From positions 1 to 64,000 of the IMG/VR virus record IMGVR_UViG_3300045993_000417: 64,000 nucleotides of DNA. One strand, 5' to 3'. Positions 10,308 to 20,416 of this stretch are shown in pieces. The DNA is from a virus. Numbering within the stretch: position 1 is the stretch's first letter; every line of letters begins with the position of its first letter. Position numbers and translations under genes: made by a program. Under the pieces are notes generated by a model. It saw nothing but the letters and a program-made list of their open reading frames with translations. It made no database searches and was not told the DNA's origin.

Positions 10308-10700
10308 ATGAACGAATCTGATTTTTTAAAAAAGCTGGCCAAGTACTCAGGCAGCACTCTGGTGTTTAAGAACGAAAGCTTACTACCTGGTACGGCCTGG
10401 ATTAACGACGTTCCTATAGACATTTCCATAGAGGATAGTTGTCTTGTACTGAATTCCGTAGGTGAGTTTAGTGGCAACTCTCACTTATACAGTAAGAGCG
10501 TTAACCGTGGAAAGGGAAACTTCAGTAGGCTAATACCTCACTTGAAGAAGGTGCTGCTGGAAGTAGGGTTTGAGCAGAAGGTATATCTAACTCCACTCAG
10601 TCCAGCCTGGGCTGCTAACTATGTTCTTAAATCGGTTGAGGGTAAATCTAAGGTTGGAGCCAGTTGGTACTTGGATTTAGTCACTCATCCTGATGAGTAG
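10308..10700 (+). CDS. GNAT-like acetyltransferase-fold protein
   Basis: RGKGNF acetyl-CoA loop-like motif. Similar to the C-terminus of 29533..30156. TAAAGT-N6-ATG upstream. Confidence 0.5.
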   Translation: MNESDFLKKLAKYSGSTLVFKNESLLPGTAWINDVPIDISIEDSCLVLNSVGEFSGNSHLYSKSVNRGKGNFSRLIPHLKKVLLEVGFEQKVYLTPLSPAWAANYVLKSVEGKSKVGASWYLDLVTHPDE

Positions 10701-11433
10701 GGTTCCGGAGCTGATCCTCGAAGTATTCCACCGTCTTCTGTAGTCTTAGGTGTTCAGCCAAGAACTTATCAAAGTCGGCCTCTGCCTCATTGTATAGCTC
10801 TTGCATACGAGCATCACGTACTTTGTGTTTAACCGTATCCCTCAGGCCAAAGGTTTCCTTATCACCCAGGTTGCCACGCACCCCTTCTAACCCACCAATC
10901 TCTTTCAGACGAGCACCATACATACCCAATACTTGACGTAGCGAGAAAGGTTTAAGGTCGTTACAATCTACCCCCATGTCAAAACGCAGCAATCCAGAGT
11001 TGTCCAAGGTGCCATGAGTGTGACCATGCAAATGTATTGAGCCGTGGTACTTCCTATTCCAGGACTCAATAGGGTAGTGACTCATGACTATAGGTGCTAA
11101 CCCATGTTCCTTCATTGGTAACTCAAAGTAGTCGGATACCGAGCCTACTACGTTGTCACGGCGTAAGGCAGTGATTAGATTCTGATCGTCATGATTACCC
11201 TTGATTAGAAGTTTCACCCCATTCAACTGTTTGACCCATTCGGTTGGATCAGGCCATCCCAGGTCTCCTAGGAGAAACACCGTGTCTGTAGGTTTCACAA
11301 CTGAGTTGTGTCTGGATACCATCTCCTTATTCATCTCCTCTACTGAGGTAAACGGGCGGTTACAGTACTTTATGATGTTGGTGTGTCGAAAATGATGATC
11401 TGAAGCTATATATACATTATCTAGGCTTGGCAT
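10681..11433 (-). CDS. Calcineurin-like metallophosphoesterase
   Basis: Motifs SDHHF, LGD, KGNHD, SHYP, HGHTH, DMGVD. Confidence 0.9.
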   Translation of the reverse strand: MPSLDNVYIASDHHFRHTNIIKYCNRPFTSVEEMNKEMVSRHNSVVKPTDTVFLLGDLGWPDPTEWVKQLNGVKLLIKGNHDDQNLITALRRDNVVGSVSDYFELPMKEHGLAPIVMSHYPIESWNRKYHGSIHLHGHTHGTLDNSGLLRFDMGVDCNDLKPFSLRQVLGMYGARLKEIGGLEGVRGNLGDKETFGLRDTVKHKVRDARMQELYNEAEADFDKFLAEHLRLQKTVEYFEDQLRNPTHQDE

Positions 11434-11668
11434 CTTCTGCTTCCATTAAAGGTGATAGGAATGCTGAGATTCTAGCCTGTAATATTTCAGAGTACTCACC
11501 CATTACCTCGGCCTGCTTAGTAAGCCTACCTCTCTCCTCTATGTCCAATGAGAAGAACAGGTCTGAAACTGTAAAAGACTTTAACGCATAGAGCTTAGCG
11601 TCAAGTGCTACTTTTTCATCAACCACACGTTGTTGGTGTGGGGCTAGAACTATGTTTCTATATGGCAT
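11417..11668 (-). CDS. Small conserved phage coiled-coil protein
   Basis: HQQRVVDEK...Q..VM.EYS.IL..RI pattern common in phages. GGAG SD. Confidence 0.7.
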   Translation of the reverse strand: MPYRNIVLAPHQQRVVDEKVALDAKLYALKSFTVSDLFFSLDIEERGRLTKQAEVMGEYSEILQARISAFLSPLMEAEDAKPR

Positions 11669-11755
11669 GTTGTTTCTCCGTCTGGTTATTGACTAAAATT
11701 TTCTACACAGCCTTATACCTCAAAAATAGCGTTTGTGGAATTTAAACCGATAAGC

Positions 11756-11770
11756 TAAAATAGAGCCATG
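11756..11770 (+). promoter_or_regulatory. Late-type -10 element (TAAAAT-N6-ATG), leaderless start; 1 of 11
   Basis: The same geometry occurs before the ATGs at 8726(-), 10308, 11768, 28148, 29533, 31082, 32880, 38106, 42449, 43020 and 54675. Confidence 0.75.
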
Positions 11771-13597
11771 ACCGATACTAAACTAACCACCGTTGGATCA
11801 TTGATCCTTAAGCACTCCATGCCTACCGAGAAGTCTAAACAGAACTTCGACATCCACTCACCTCTTGATAAAGGTGGAATGTCCCGAATGGTAAATATGC
11901 TCATACGTGATGGTGGAAAGGCCTCACACGAGCACATAAACTCACTAGGGCAGATGTTCTTTAACAAGGCTACGGAGATTGGAGCCTCTACTCCATTATC
12001 GGATTATATCAACGAGAGTGATGAGCGTTCAGCTATCCTCAAAGAATATGAAACTAAGGCTAACAAGATTATACTTGGTACAGGTACTAAGTCTCAGAAG
12101 AACGATGGACTTGGTAGTCTTACATCAGACTATAACAAACGCATTGAGAAACAAAACCTAGATTACCTATCAGGTCGTGGCTCTACTGCAGCTAAGATGG
12201 CTAGAACTGGAGCCCGTGGTAATCCAGCTCAGCTGGCGTCCGGTACTTCTACTCCACTTATGTCTTTGAACGTTAAAGGTGAGCTTATCCCTTTAGTTAT
12301 CAAAAGCTCCTTTGCAAGCGGTATGTCCCCAGCTGAACACTTAGCCATGAGCTATATGGGACGTGGCTCTACCGTTCTATCCCAATTATCTACAGCTCTA
12401 CCAGGCGCTTTGTTTAAACGTCTAAGCCCAACGGTATTCCACGAGACTATTACTGTCGATGACTGTGGAACTAAGAACGGCATTACTCAGAAAGTTACAG
12501 ATAAGAAGTCTGTGCTAGGCAGGTATGAGGCAGCGACTAATCACTTGATAGACGAGGAATACTACAAGCACCTAACTACTTCAACTAAGCCTAACGTAGT
12601 AGTACGTAGTGCTTTAACGTGTGAAGCTCACGAGGGAGTATGTAAGAAGTGTTACGGTTTAATGGGTAGTGGTAAGAACCCTGAGATTGGTGAGAACGTA
12701 GGTATCATAGCGGCCCAGTCAGTATCTGAGGTTCTAACACAGGCCATGTTGTCCACTAAACATAAGGCTACGGTTGGTGAGCGTCGTGGTAACATCTACG
12801 ACCAAGCTTCTAACATCCTTAATAACCCTAAAGAAAACTTCAAGGACGAAGCTACAATATCAGAGATTAACGGTAAAGTTAATGACATCGTAGTTACTCC
12901 ATTGAAAGACTACCATGTATTCGTAGATGGAGTTAAGCACTTCGTACCGAGGATTCAACAACTGACAGTCAAGAAGGGCGATGACGTAAAACAAGGTTAC
13001 GCCATTTCCACCGGCGTTATCAACCCGAGGAAACTAGTAGCTCTTCGAGGTCTAGGTGCTGGACGTAAGTACTTGGCAGAAGAACTTCGTAATATCTATG
13101 GAGGTGGATTGGATCCTAGACACTTTGAGCTAATTTCTCGTAACCTGGTTAAGTATGTACAGGTCGATAGTCCTGGAGAAACAGGGTTCATGCCTGGTGA
13201 TAAGGTTACTGTCAACGCATTAGCTAAGCATCTACAGGAAACCGAGACAGATACCCCGTTGAGTCACGCAAAGGGTATGATGTTGTCACGCAGTCAATTT
13301 GAGCTTACTCCAGGGACTACTCTGGATGCTAACCATATAGACGAGCTACACCGCCAAGGGGTTAAAACTGTTAAGACTACTAACTCTACCTTACGTGTAA
13401 CTCCAGTAGTACCAGGACTACAGACGGCTAAGCTTTTAGACAAGAACTGGATCTCCAGGCTGTCCTTCTCTAAGTTAGAGAACAGTATTAAAGAAGCTGC
13501 GGCTCTAGGTCACGACTCTGAAGTACATAGTACAGACCCTATTACTCCATTCGTAATGGGTAATGAATTTGGAGATGGTTCTAATGGCCGGTACTAG
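11768..13597 (+). CDS. rpoC: DNA-directed RNA polymerase beta' subunit, C-terminal fragment
   Basis: TTVG start, TGARGN, bridge-helix-like region, DCGT...RSALTC...GVCKKCYG Zn site, trigger loop VGIIAAQSVSE..TQAMLSTKH, RHFELI. Confidence 0.95.
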   Translation: MTDTKLTTVGSLILKHSMPTEKSKQNFDIHSPLDKGGMSRMVNMLIRDGGKASHEHINSLGQMFFNKATEIGASTPLSDYINESDERSAILKEYETKANKIILGTGTKSQKNDGLGSLTSDYNKRIEKQNLDYLSGRGSTAAKMARTGARGNPAQLASGTSTPLMSLNVKGELIPLVIKSSFASGMSPAEHLAMSYMGRGSTVLSQLSTALPGALFKRLSPTVFHETITVDDCGTKNGITQKVTDKKSVLGRYEAATNHLIDEEYYKHLTTSTKPNVVVRSALTCEAHEGVCKKCYGLMGSGKNPEIGENVGIIAAQSVSEVLTQAMLSTKHKATVGERRGNIYDQASNILNNPKENFKDEATISEINGKVNDIVVTPLKDYHVFVDGVKHFVPRIQQLTVKKGDDVKQGYAISTGVINPRKLVALRGLGAGRKYLAEELRNIYGGGLDPRHFELISRNLVKYVQVDSPGETGFMPGDKVTVNALAKHLQETETDTPLSHAKGMMLSRSQFELTPGTTLDANHIDELHRQGVKTVKTTNSTLRVTPVVPGLQTAKLLDKNWISRLSFSKLENSIKEAAALGHDSEVHSTDPITPFVMGNEFGDGSNGRY

Positions 13598-14456
13598 TTC
13601 TAGAGTACCTGGGGCCAGTATAGATAAATACCAGGCTATACGAGATGTACTACGCACCTGCCTTAAACATAATAGTTTCAATGTTATGGTTAGTAGTGAG
13701 CCAGATATTGAAAATGTTTTTATGGCTCTAATGCACTACGAAAGTACTATGGAGTACGGGAATGTAGGCCCAGATACTTCTATAGATAAGGATAAGAACG
13801 TTGTGTTAGGCAGTGCAGCGTTAAAGTTTATGGCCCACCCCTTAATTGTAGAAAAGCTGAAATTAAATGATGAACACATAACTTCTAACATAAAAAACTG
13901 TAAACGGGCCCACGGACTTGCACAGAGTATGGGTTTTAATCATGTTAGGAAAGTGTCACCTTGGGGATCAGGTCCATGCGTTATAGAAAAGTTAGTATTA
14001 AAGTATAATTTTGAGTCCTCTTGGACGGCTAGGCTTACTATAAACCCTGGTGACTCTATGGCTAAAATAATGGGACCTAAGGGGCAGGCGTTTGATTCTA
14101 CGTTTGTTACTAATCAAATAATGTCAGGACTTATGATATTAAACGATAAGTGGAATAATACTAGAAAATATTCTGACGGTGTACGTTGGCATGCTGAATC
14201 CAACGGCAAAGACTATATTAATAATAGTAGACTACTAGTAGCTTTAGGGTACTACTTAGGATACTCAGGTAAGGATGCAGTTAACAGTACTGCTAGCTCG
14301 TATGTAGCTGCTATAATGAATAAATCTTATAAGGAAGCTAACGGTAACTTGAGTAGTAACTTAGTGTCGTCTTCCTTTGAAATTCTAGTTGATGGTAAGC
14401 CTTCTAAAATAGCTCTATCTGAAAATACTAGAAAATCACTAGGTTGTACTGCCTAA
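13584..14456 (+). CDS. Hypothetical protein (lytic transglycosylase-like fold possible, unconfirmed)
   Basis: ORF coupled to the beta' stop. 'ALMHYES' and 'AHGLAQ' are only weakly SLT-like. Confidence 0.5.
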   Translation: MAGTSSRVPGASIDKYQAIRDVLRTCLKHNSFNVMVSSEPDIENVFMALMHYESTMEYGNVGPDTSIDKDKNVVLGSAALKFMAHPLIVEKLKLNDEHITSNIKNCKRAHGLAQSMGFNHVRKVSPWGSGPCVIEKLVLKYNFESSWTARLTINPGDSMAKIMGPKGQAFDSTFVTNQIMSGLMILNDKWNNTRKYSDGVRWHAESNGKDYINNSRLLVALGYYLGYSGKDAVNSTASSYVAAIMNKSYKEANGNLSSNLVSSSFEILVDGKPSKIALSENTRKSLGCTA

Positions 14457-14517
14457 GCTTTACACTGAATCAATAGTGCGTTAAAATACAGTCATATACA
14501 TTTATAGAGGATATTTA

Positions 14518-16416
14518 ATGGAATTCTACGATATCGCTCTGGCTAAGCTTTTACAAACTCTGCCAGAACTGGGAAATTACATAGTTACATTCAAAGATGT
14601 ATCTGAAGAACTATCGGAGGATAACGGCGTCCAAGTCGGTATCTTTATTCTCAAGGCCGGAACAGAGTACATGTTTGTACCTACTGTATCTAAAGGCGAC
14701 AACGTCTATCCAATAGACTCTATCTTCATTTCGTCTAAGGGTAAGTTCTTCCCTCTGACACGTAAAACGCTAAACCTGATCTCTAGCCTGTCTCAGAATA
14801 TTCAAGGTAAAGCTACTAAGATTCCTGACGCTGTGGTTAAAAACCCAGATCTGTCACAACTTATCAATCCTCCTAGGACTGGTAAATTCGTATATGCTTC
14901 TTCTAGTCGTCTAGGTGATTTCCTAGGTTCGATGCCGAACTCATTGAAGAGTTTCACCATTGAGAAGATTGCAGCTGAACAATCTATGTATGAGAATCTA
15001 CATAGCCTGTTTAACCTGAAAGACATCTTTGATCATCTTAAAGCTACCCCAGGCGGGTTGGCTGCTGTAACAAATCAAGCCCCTATTTCTATTCTTGACG
15101 TACCTAGTACAAAGATGACTGACTCTGAAATCCAGAATGTTCTGGACGTAGGCTATGTCGTACAAGGTGCCCCAACAACTAGTCGTGTCGCAGTATCCCA
15201 TTTGGACTATAACAAGTCTGGTTCGTTTACCCAAGTTACAAACCTGGATGGTAATAAGGACTACGAGCTGATGCTTGCTAATGGTAATGCTCGTGAAGCG
15301 TTTATACCTAAACAAGTACTGAACTTCAGTAATAAGCACGCCTCCGGTTCAGCCGTAGCTATCTTCACTAATGGTGACTATGCTACTGGCGATAGCTTTA
15401 TAAGTGTAGGTGATATTAAGAATCGTAAGAACGTACTTACTTCTCTGTTCGACTTCACTCCACCTGTATTGCCTAAGGACTTGACTCGTGATGCTACGTT
15501 TGCTCTTATCACTACCAATTCAGAACTTCTGGGCGTATTCCGTGCTAATGACGTAAGTATTACTAACATGGGTGTTGAGATTTCTGCCACAGTTCTATCG
15601 GGCTCTTATTCAAAAGTACGTATCCATGCCTATAGGAACTTTGCTAATCCATACATGCTGAACTCTACGGATAGGCATTGTTATGACCTATACATTCCTT
15701 ACGCTTCTCTAACATTGATGTTGGGTGAAGACGTATCGCATAAGATGGAGAAGAATGTTAACTCTGCATCTAGGAAGCGTGAGATTGGTGAAGCTGGTGG
15801 CCTGTTGGGTCATCAAGTTGACATCGGGTTCGATGGTGTTGAGTTCTTCGTCAATCGTCAACCTTTGGGTAAAGAAGCTAGTGTAATGAAGCGTCTAGTC
15901 GTAGACGAAGGTATTGACCCAGTTCAGGCTGTTCACTTCATTAAACAAGCTAAAGAAAACAGATTCGTAAAAGTGTACCTATCTAAGTCTGCTGCAGAAG
16001 CTGCTGCTCCAGCTGAGATGCCTCAGTATGGTGCTCAACTACCCTCTCAGCCTAAGCCGGGTCTAAACGGTTCTTTCGTACCTAATGTACAGAATGCCTT
16101 GAAGACTGGTGATGCCCAATCTGTAGAAGCTACTATAATTTCTGAGTTGCTTCAAACTCCAGACATGTTCGAGATGATTGCAGAATACCTACCAGACATC
16201 GAAGAGTGCATTGACAGACTAGGTCGTATTTTGTTACTATCCAGAGTGAACATCGAGAAGCTTGCAGATGGCAATGATGCTGATAATGTATTCGCATTCC
16301 TAGCCAATCTTAAAGCTGTCTATCGTATGCTTGGGGATAACTACATGAAGCTGGAAGAAATGGTTGCAATGAAACCAGAAGAAGCCGGTTCTAAAGTTAA
16401 AGCCGATAGTAAATAA
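14518..16416 (+). CDS. Putative head/virion protein, 632 aa
   Basis: GAGGA SD, TAAAAT at 14482, several K-x-A motifs (EKIAA, KEAS, KQA, KSAA). Confidence 0.65.
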   Translation: MEFYDIALAKLLQTLPELGNYIVTFKDVSEELSEDNGVQVGIFILKAGTEYMFVPTVSKGDNVYPIDSIFISSKGKFFPLTRKTLNLISSLSQNIQGKATKIPDAVVKNPDLSQLINPPRTGKFVYASSSRLGDFLGSMPNSLKSFTIEKIAAEQSMYENLHSLFNLKDIFDHLKATPGGLAAVTNQAPISILDVPSTKMTDSEIQNVLDVGYVVQGAPTTSRVAVSHLDYNKSGSFTQVTNLDGNKDYELMLANGNAREAFIPKQVLNFSNKHASGSAVAIFTNGDYATGDSFISVGDIKNRKNVLTSLFDFTPPVLPKDLTRDATFALITTNSELLGVFRANDVSITNMGVEISATVLSGSYSKVRIHAYRNFANPYMLNSTDRHCYDLYIPYASLTLMLGEDVSHKMEKNVNSASRKREIGEAGGLLGHQVDIGFDGVEFFVNRQPLGKEASVMKRLVVDEGIDPVQAVHFIKQAKENRFVKVYLSKSAAEAAAPAEMPQYGAQLPSQPKPGLNGSFVPNVQNALKTGDAQSVEATIISELLQTPDMFEMIAEYLPDIEECIDRLGRILLLSRVNIEKLADGNDADNVFAFLANLKAVYRMLGDNYMKLEEMVAMKPEEAGSKVKADSK

Positions 16417-16433
16417 CAGACGCTTATCATGAG

Positions 16434-17156
16434 ATGCAGAATCCAAAACTTAGAGCAAACTTAATTCAAAGTAAAACAAGCGGCGTTGACTCTATAGTTG
16501 ACGCCGTATTGGCCTCTGCTGATTCAATCGAATTCAAATTATATAAGCAAAGTCAAGACTTATATAAATCACCAACAAAGAAGAATTACCTAGAGTCCTC
16601 TCTTTTAGCTAGTAAAGATATGGTTCAGATTGCTGAACTGCTAGAGCTACCGCTAGACTTAGTGACTATGTACCGTGACGTTTTCTACAACGTTACAGAC
16701 TTGGATAAGCTATCCAAACTAGAACTACTAGACGTTCCTGACCAGGCTGAAAAGGGTATGAAAACCTGGGCCCTGAGTCAAGGTCTAGACTTTGTCTCTT
16801 GGCGTCTAGGTAACAAAGTTAATATCTCTCCAGTTGAAGGTCTTAAAGACCTATTTAGTACTTGTATCTTCAAGTCTAAGGAAGCCTTGTTTAGCGGTAA
16901 CGTAAGTGACGCAAGCAAGGAGAGTACAAAATGGGTGAAGCTCAGTATGGACCTGGCACGACTTATCAAGGTCTGGGTTTTGGACTCGGCTGCGGCCCGC
17001 TCCGATTTAGAAATGGCCCTAAAAGAAATTATCCCAGATTTTGAGTCGATAGACAAATTAGACCAAGTTATCGAAGAGTTTGCCCAAAAGAATGAATCGG
17101 TAGATATAGCACTACCAGAAAAGATGACGTTTGAAAGTATAGAGAGCCTATCATGA
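16434..17156 (+). CDS. Hypothetical protein, 240 aa
   Basis: ORF within the late operon. Confidence 0.7.
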   Translation: MQNPKLRANLIQSKTSGVDSIVDAVLASADSIEFKLYKQSQDLYKSPTKKNYLESSLLASKDMVQIAELLELPLDLVTMYRDVFYNVTDLDKLSKLELLDVPDQAEKGMKTWALSQGLDFVSWRLGNKVNISPVEGLKDLFSTCIFKSKEALFSGNVSDASKESTKWVKLSMDLARLIKVWVLDSAAARSDLEMALKEIIPDFESIDKLDQVIEEFAQKNESVDIALPEKMTFESIESLS

Positions 17157-17953
17157 GTGAAAACAAGTATTTGGAAAAGATTGCTTCGACAAGACTTATA
17201 AGAGAGTTGGGCAAAGGTATTATACCTCTAACTAAAGACTTGAAAAACTCTCTCGTCAGGTCTGGGGCCATGCGCAGCGGCCAAACTTACATTAAGGGTA
17301 TGGACACCGGTACTGAAAATATAGCCAAGAAACACGGCATACCATTACATAGAATTGATGATAGTCACCCTATGGCTGGAGCTGTTATAAATATGGGAGG
17401 GGCCGCTACTAAAGCTGTTGGCGGTAAACATCCCACTGTGTTTATACATGAAAAAGGATTAAACAAAGCATTTAATCCGTTTGAACAAAAAGTTATTCAC
17501 CGCCATGAGTTGAACGAGGCTATTGGCATGAAACATGATCTGGTTAGACATGGGACTGCAGAAAAGCTAGTAATGGTACAGCCTTCTCTCCACAACAACG
17601 GTGCTCCCTACGGGCAGCATAATAATCTAGGTGTGTTAGCTAGGGAGAGTAATGATATTAGGAAACTACCGCACTTACACCCCCTCAGTAATAATAATAA
17701 GCTATTGAGACAAGTTAGAAAAGACTCTGGTGAGCAAGACACATTAGCCGGTATAGTTGGCAAGAGATACGGTGAGCAAGGTTTCACCCATAAGGACATT
17801 GAGAAGCTGAACAAGAGTAAGGGAAACCTAACTACTAAAGACACTGATGAGCTGAAACAGAGTATACCTAAGGAGTTCCATCCTAGTTTTGAAGAGGGTT
17901 TGAAGAAACTCAAGGCAGCACATATAGCTGATAGATATCCTAAAAGAGACTAA
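17153..17953 (+). CDS. Tagged inner-head/ejected protein (MSENKYLEKIA) with an HRHELNE metallopeptidase-like motif
   Basis: N-terminal tag and His-rich composition. Confidence 0.6.
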   Translation: MSENKYLEKIASTRLIRELGKGIIPLTKDLKNSLVRSGAMRSGQTYIKGMDTGTENIAKKHGIPLHRIDDSHPMAGAVINMGGAATKAVGGKHPTVFIHEKGLNKAFNPFEQKVIHRHELNEAIGMKHDLVRHGTAEKLVMVQPSLHNNGAPYGQHNNLGVLARESNDIRKLPHLHPLSNNNKLLRQVRKDSGEQDTLAGIVGKRYGEQGFTHKDIEKLNKSKGNLTTKDTDELKQSIPKEFHPSFEEGLKKLKAAHIADRYPKRD

Positions 17954-17967
17954 GTAGTCTCTTCTAA

Positions 17968-18201
17968 CTAGTAAAGCCCTGGTATACTACTTATGCCCAT
18001 TTTCAAATACTCTTTACCTAGGGCCTTATTAATTAAGGTGACGTCCTTAGAAGTACACTCGCCGCCTTTGAAATTATCCAGACTGTTATTAAGCTCGGAT
18101 AGCACTATGGAGAATTCTTCTTGAAGTAAAGGATCGGTTAATAATACGTTTTCTACTGGGAAAGTTATTATACCCATGATACACTCCTGTGTTGTTAACA
18201 T
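17968..18201 (-). CDS. Hypothetical protein (likely start at the ATG at 18177)
   Basis: CAGGAG SD and the GGTATAA motif at 18209. Confidence 0.6.
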   Translation of the reverse strand: MLTTQECIMGIITFPVENVLLTDPLLQEEFSIVLSELNNSLDNFKGGECTSKDVTLINKALGKEYLKMGISSIPGLY

Positions 18202-18265
18202 ACTTATCTTATACCAAAAAGGACTGGTCTAGTTTAAAATAACCATATAATTACAAGGATGCAAG

Positions 18266-19420
18266 ATGCCATCAATATCAACAGAACAACTACAGACCAT
18301 CTCGGTTAAAACCGTAGAAGGATTTCTGAATGACCACGTCCCTCTGAGCGAAGGTCTGGCTAAACAGGCTGCTGCGTATGAACTTAATAGCGAGCAAATA
18401 CAGAGGGCGGTCGAAGCCGTAAACAGCATAACATATTTGAAACTAGTGAAAGTGGCTGAGGATCGCACTATTGAGTTCCCTCTATGTAAGACTGCTGAGG
18501 TAATGGCTCATATCACTTTGCCTGGTATGGATAAAGCTGCTGCCTTAGACTACGATAAGTATCTCTCATATATGTCTAAGCACGTGGGTGATAGTGACTC
18601 AGCAAAAAAGATGGATCCTCTTACCTACGCTAAGCACGATAGGGCAGCTATGCTTTTCGCAGGAAGATCTGTAGATGAAGCAAATACTGCTTACGATAAA
18701 CACGTTAAGCGTATAGAAAAAACAGCCTCAGTTGGCAAGTCTGAAGCCTTCAGTGATAACATCACCATCCAGTCTCCGACAGAAATGTACCACCTTCTGA
18801 CTAAGATGGCTGCTGAGAATAAACACCTTCTTTCCCGTGCTACTGACGACCTAATCGTCACTAAAGACTCTCTTGAGAAAGCTGCGTCTGTACTGGCTCG
18901 TGACCCTAAGGCCTCTATTAAACTAGAGATGCTGGGAGTTTCTGAGACTGGTATTGAAAAGGTTGCTGGTGTAACTGAGCAGACGGTTGGCTCGTTCATC
19001 TTCAAAGAGGCTGATCTTAAAGTGGCTAAGCAAGTCCTGGATCTAACGAAGAAAGCTAATGATCTGCAAGCTGAAGTCGCTAAACGTACAGAGTTACACA
19101 AGCAAGCAGAATTGGCTAAGCAGTCTTTTCTATCGGTACTGTCTAAGGGCCTAGGCTACTTAGCGGGTAAAGCCGTTGCAATACCAGGTAAAGCTATCGG
19201 TAGAGGTTTCAGGAATACCGGTATCAACCTAAAGAACTCTATTACTAACACAGTCTCTAACACTTTAGGGCCTAAGGGGCAGAAGCTATCCACCCCTAAG
19301 AAGTTAGGCATTGTTGGCGTTGCTGGAAGCACGGCCTTGGCGGGGACCGATGCATTGATGTATCAGCCTAGTAAAGAAAAAGACATATATCACCAAATGG
19401 TCCACGCTGGTCCATATTAA
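18266..19420 (+). CDS. Putative inner-head protein, 384 aa
   Basis: Many K-x-A sites (KQA, KVA, KTA, KAA, KMA, KEA) and a Gly-rich hydrophobic C-terminus. TAAAAT at 18236. Confidence 0.65.
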   Translation: MPSISTEQLQTISVKTVEGFLNDHVPLSEGLAKQAAAYELNSEQIQRAVEAVNSITYLKLVKVAEDRTIEFPLCKTAEVMAHITLPGMDKAAALDYDKYLSYMSKHVGDSDSAKKMDPLTYAKHDRAAMLFAGRSVDEANTAYDKHVKRIEKTASVGKSEAFSDNITIQSPTEMYHLLTKMAAENKHLLSRATDDLIVTKDSLEKAASVLARDPKASIKLEMLGVSETGIEKVAGVTEQTVGSFIFKEADLKVAKQVLDLTKKANDLQAEVAKRTELHKQAELAKQSFLSVLSKGLGYLAGKAVAIPGKAIGRGFRNTGINLKNSITNTVSNTLGPKGQKLSTPKKLGIVGVAGSTALAGTDALMYQPSKEKDIYHQMVHAGPY

Positions 19421-19439
19421 TTCAACCAAAGGAAAAGTA

Positions 19440-19976
19440 ATGAACTTAGATAACGTATACGCAATGGGCCTAGAGAAGTTTGCTGGTGACCAACAAAAGG
19501 CAGTAGAATTCACAGAGGGTTTCTGCAAAGAGGCTGGTATTTGGGACTCGGTTAAAGACGCTTTCAGTACTACTACCCAAAAGGACGCTACTAAAAATGG
19601 ATTCCTACCGTCTATGATGGAAGGTATGGGTAAGGGTCTAGGAGGTGCTGCTATCGCTGGTGGTGTTGGACTTATTGGTATGGCCGCTAACTCTATTAGT
19701 AATGGCAACCTACACAATAAGTTTATGACTGCTTTGCAACAGGCTATTTCCACCAACTCCTTCCTACGTAGCGCCAATAAGGAGAAGGTAATATCCTATG
19801 CAACCACTATATTTAAGTTTGCACCTCATGTAGCTACTGATGTCAACATTTTAACATCCCTGCTGGCAAATTCAGTGCAGGGTGATGGAGTAGATCCTCT
19901 CACTGTTAAAACTTTAGTTGACCTGGAAGCACGGTATAAAGACAGTAATTCTGTCAACCCTAAGTCGTTCATTTAA
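19440..19976 (+). CDS. Putative virion protein with a glycine-zipper segment
   Basis: EKFA and KEA motifs; GKGLGGAAIAGGVGLIG. Confidence 0.65.
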   Translation: MNLDNVYAMGLEKFAGDQQKAVEFTEGFCKEAGIWDSVKDAFSTTTQKDATKNGFLPSMMEGMGKGLGGAAIAGGVGLIGMAANSISNGNLHNKFMTALQQAISTNSFLRSANKEKVISYATTIFKFAPHVATDVNILTSLLANSVQGDGVDPLTVKTLVDLEARYKDSNSVNPKSFI

Positions 19977-19982
19977 GTTATA

Positions 19983-20171
19983 ATGCATAATCGGTACCTT
20001 GAGAAAATAGCAGGACTGCCTGGGTTGAACGTATTCAAATCCGGTATAACTAATCCTGCTATTTTTAATACTCTAGGTAGAGCTATTGAGAAAAAACCTG
20101 TTGGTGGTATTGTTAAGGCCAACACCGGTTTAACTTTGCATAATCAGAAATTAGGCGTGAAGAGCATATGA
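19983..20171 (+). CDS. Small tagged protein (MHNRYLEKIA)
   Basis: N-terminal tag; translationally coupled to the next gene. Confidence 0.65.
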   Translation: MHNRYLEKIAGLPGLNVFKSGITNPAIFNTLGRAIEKKPVGGIVKANTGLTLHNQKLGVKSI

Positions 20172-20416
20172 ATAAGTATTTAGAGAAAATCGCATTCCTA
20201 CCAGGATTTAAGGGTAAGAGGGAGAGAGACCTATTGGACCTAGCCGGGTTTGCAATGGGTGGTGCAGGTCTTGCAATGGGTGCTTCTCGCACTATGAATA
20301 CCAGTGATACTAACTATTCCGCCAGGAAGAAGGCTAAGTTAGAAGAAGAGAGCTTAGCTGCGTTAAAGAGTATCAATAACAACTTGAAGAAGTTGCCTAA
20401 AGCAGAGAGTAAATAA
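20168..20416 (+). CDS. Small tagged protein (MNKYLEKIA) with a hydrophobic Gly/Ala segment
   Basis: N-terminal tag. Confidence 0.7.
   Translation: MNKYLEKIAFLPGFKGKRERDLLDLAGFAMGGAGLAMGASRTMNTSDTNYSARKKAKLEEESLAALKSINNNLKKLPKAESK

Noticed and set aside
14518-16416. Portal protein
   Set aside because: The size fits, but I recognise no portal motifs. The portal probably lies outside the window.
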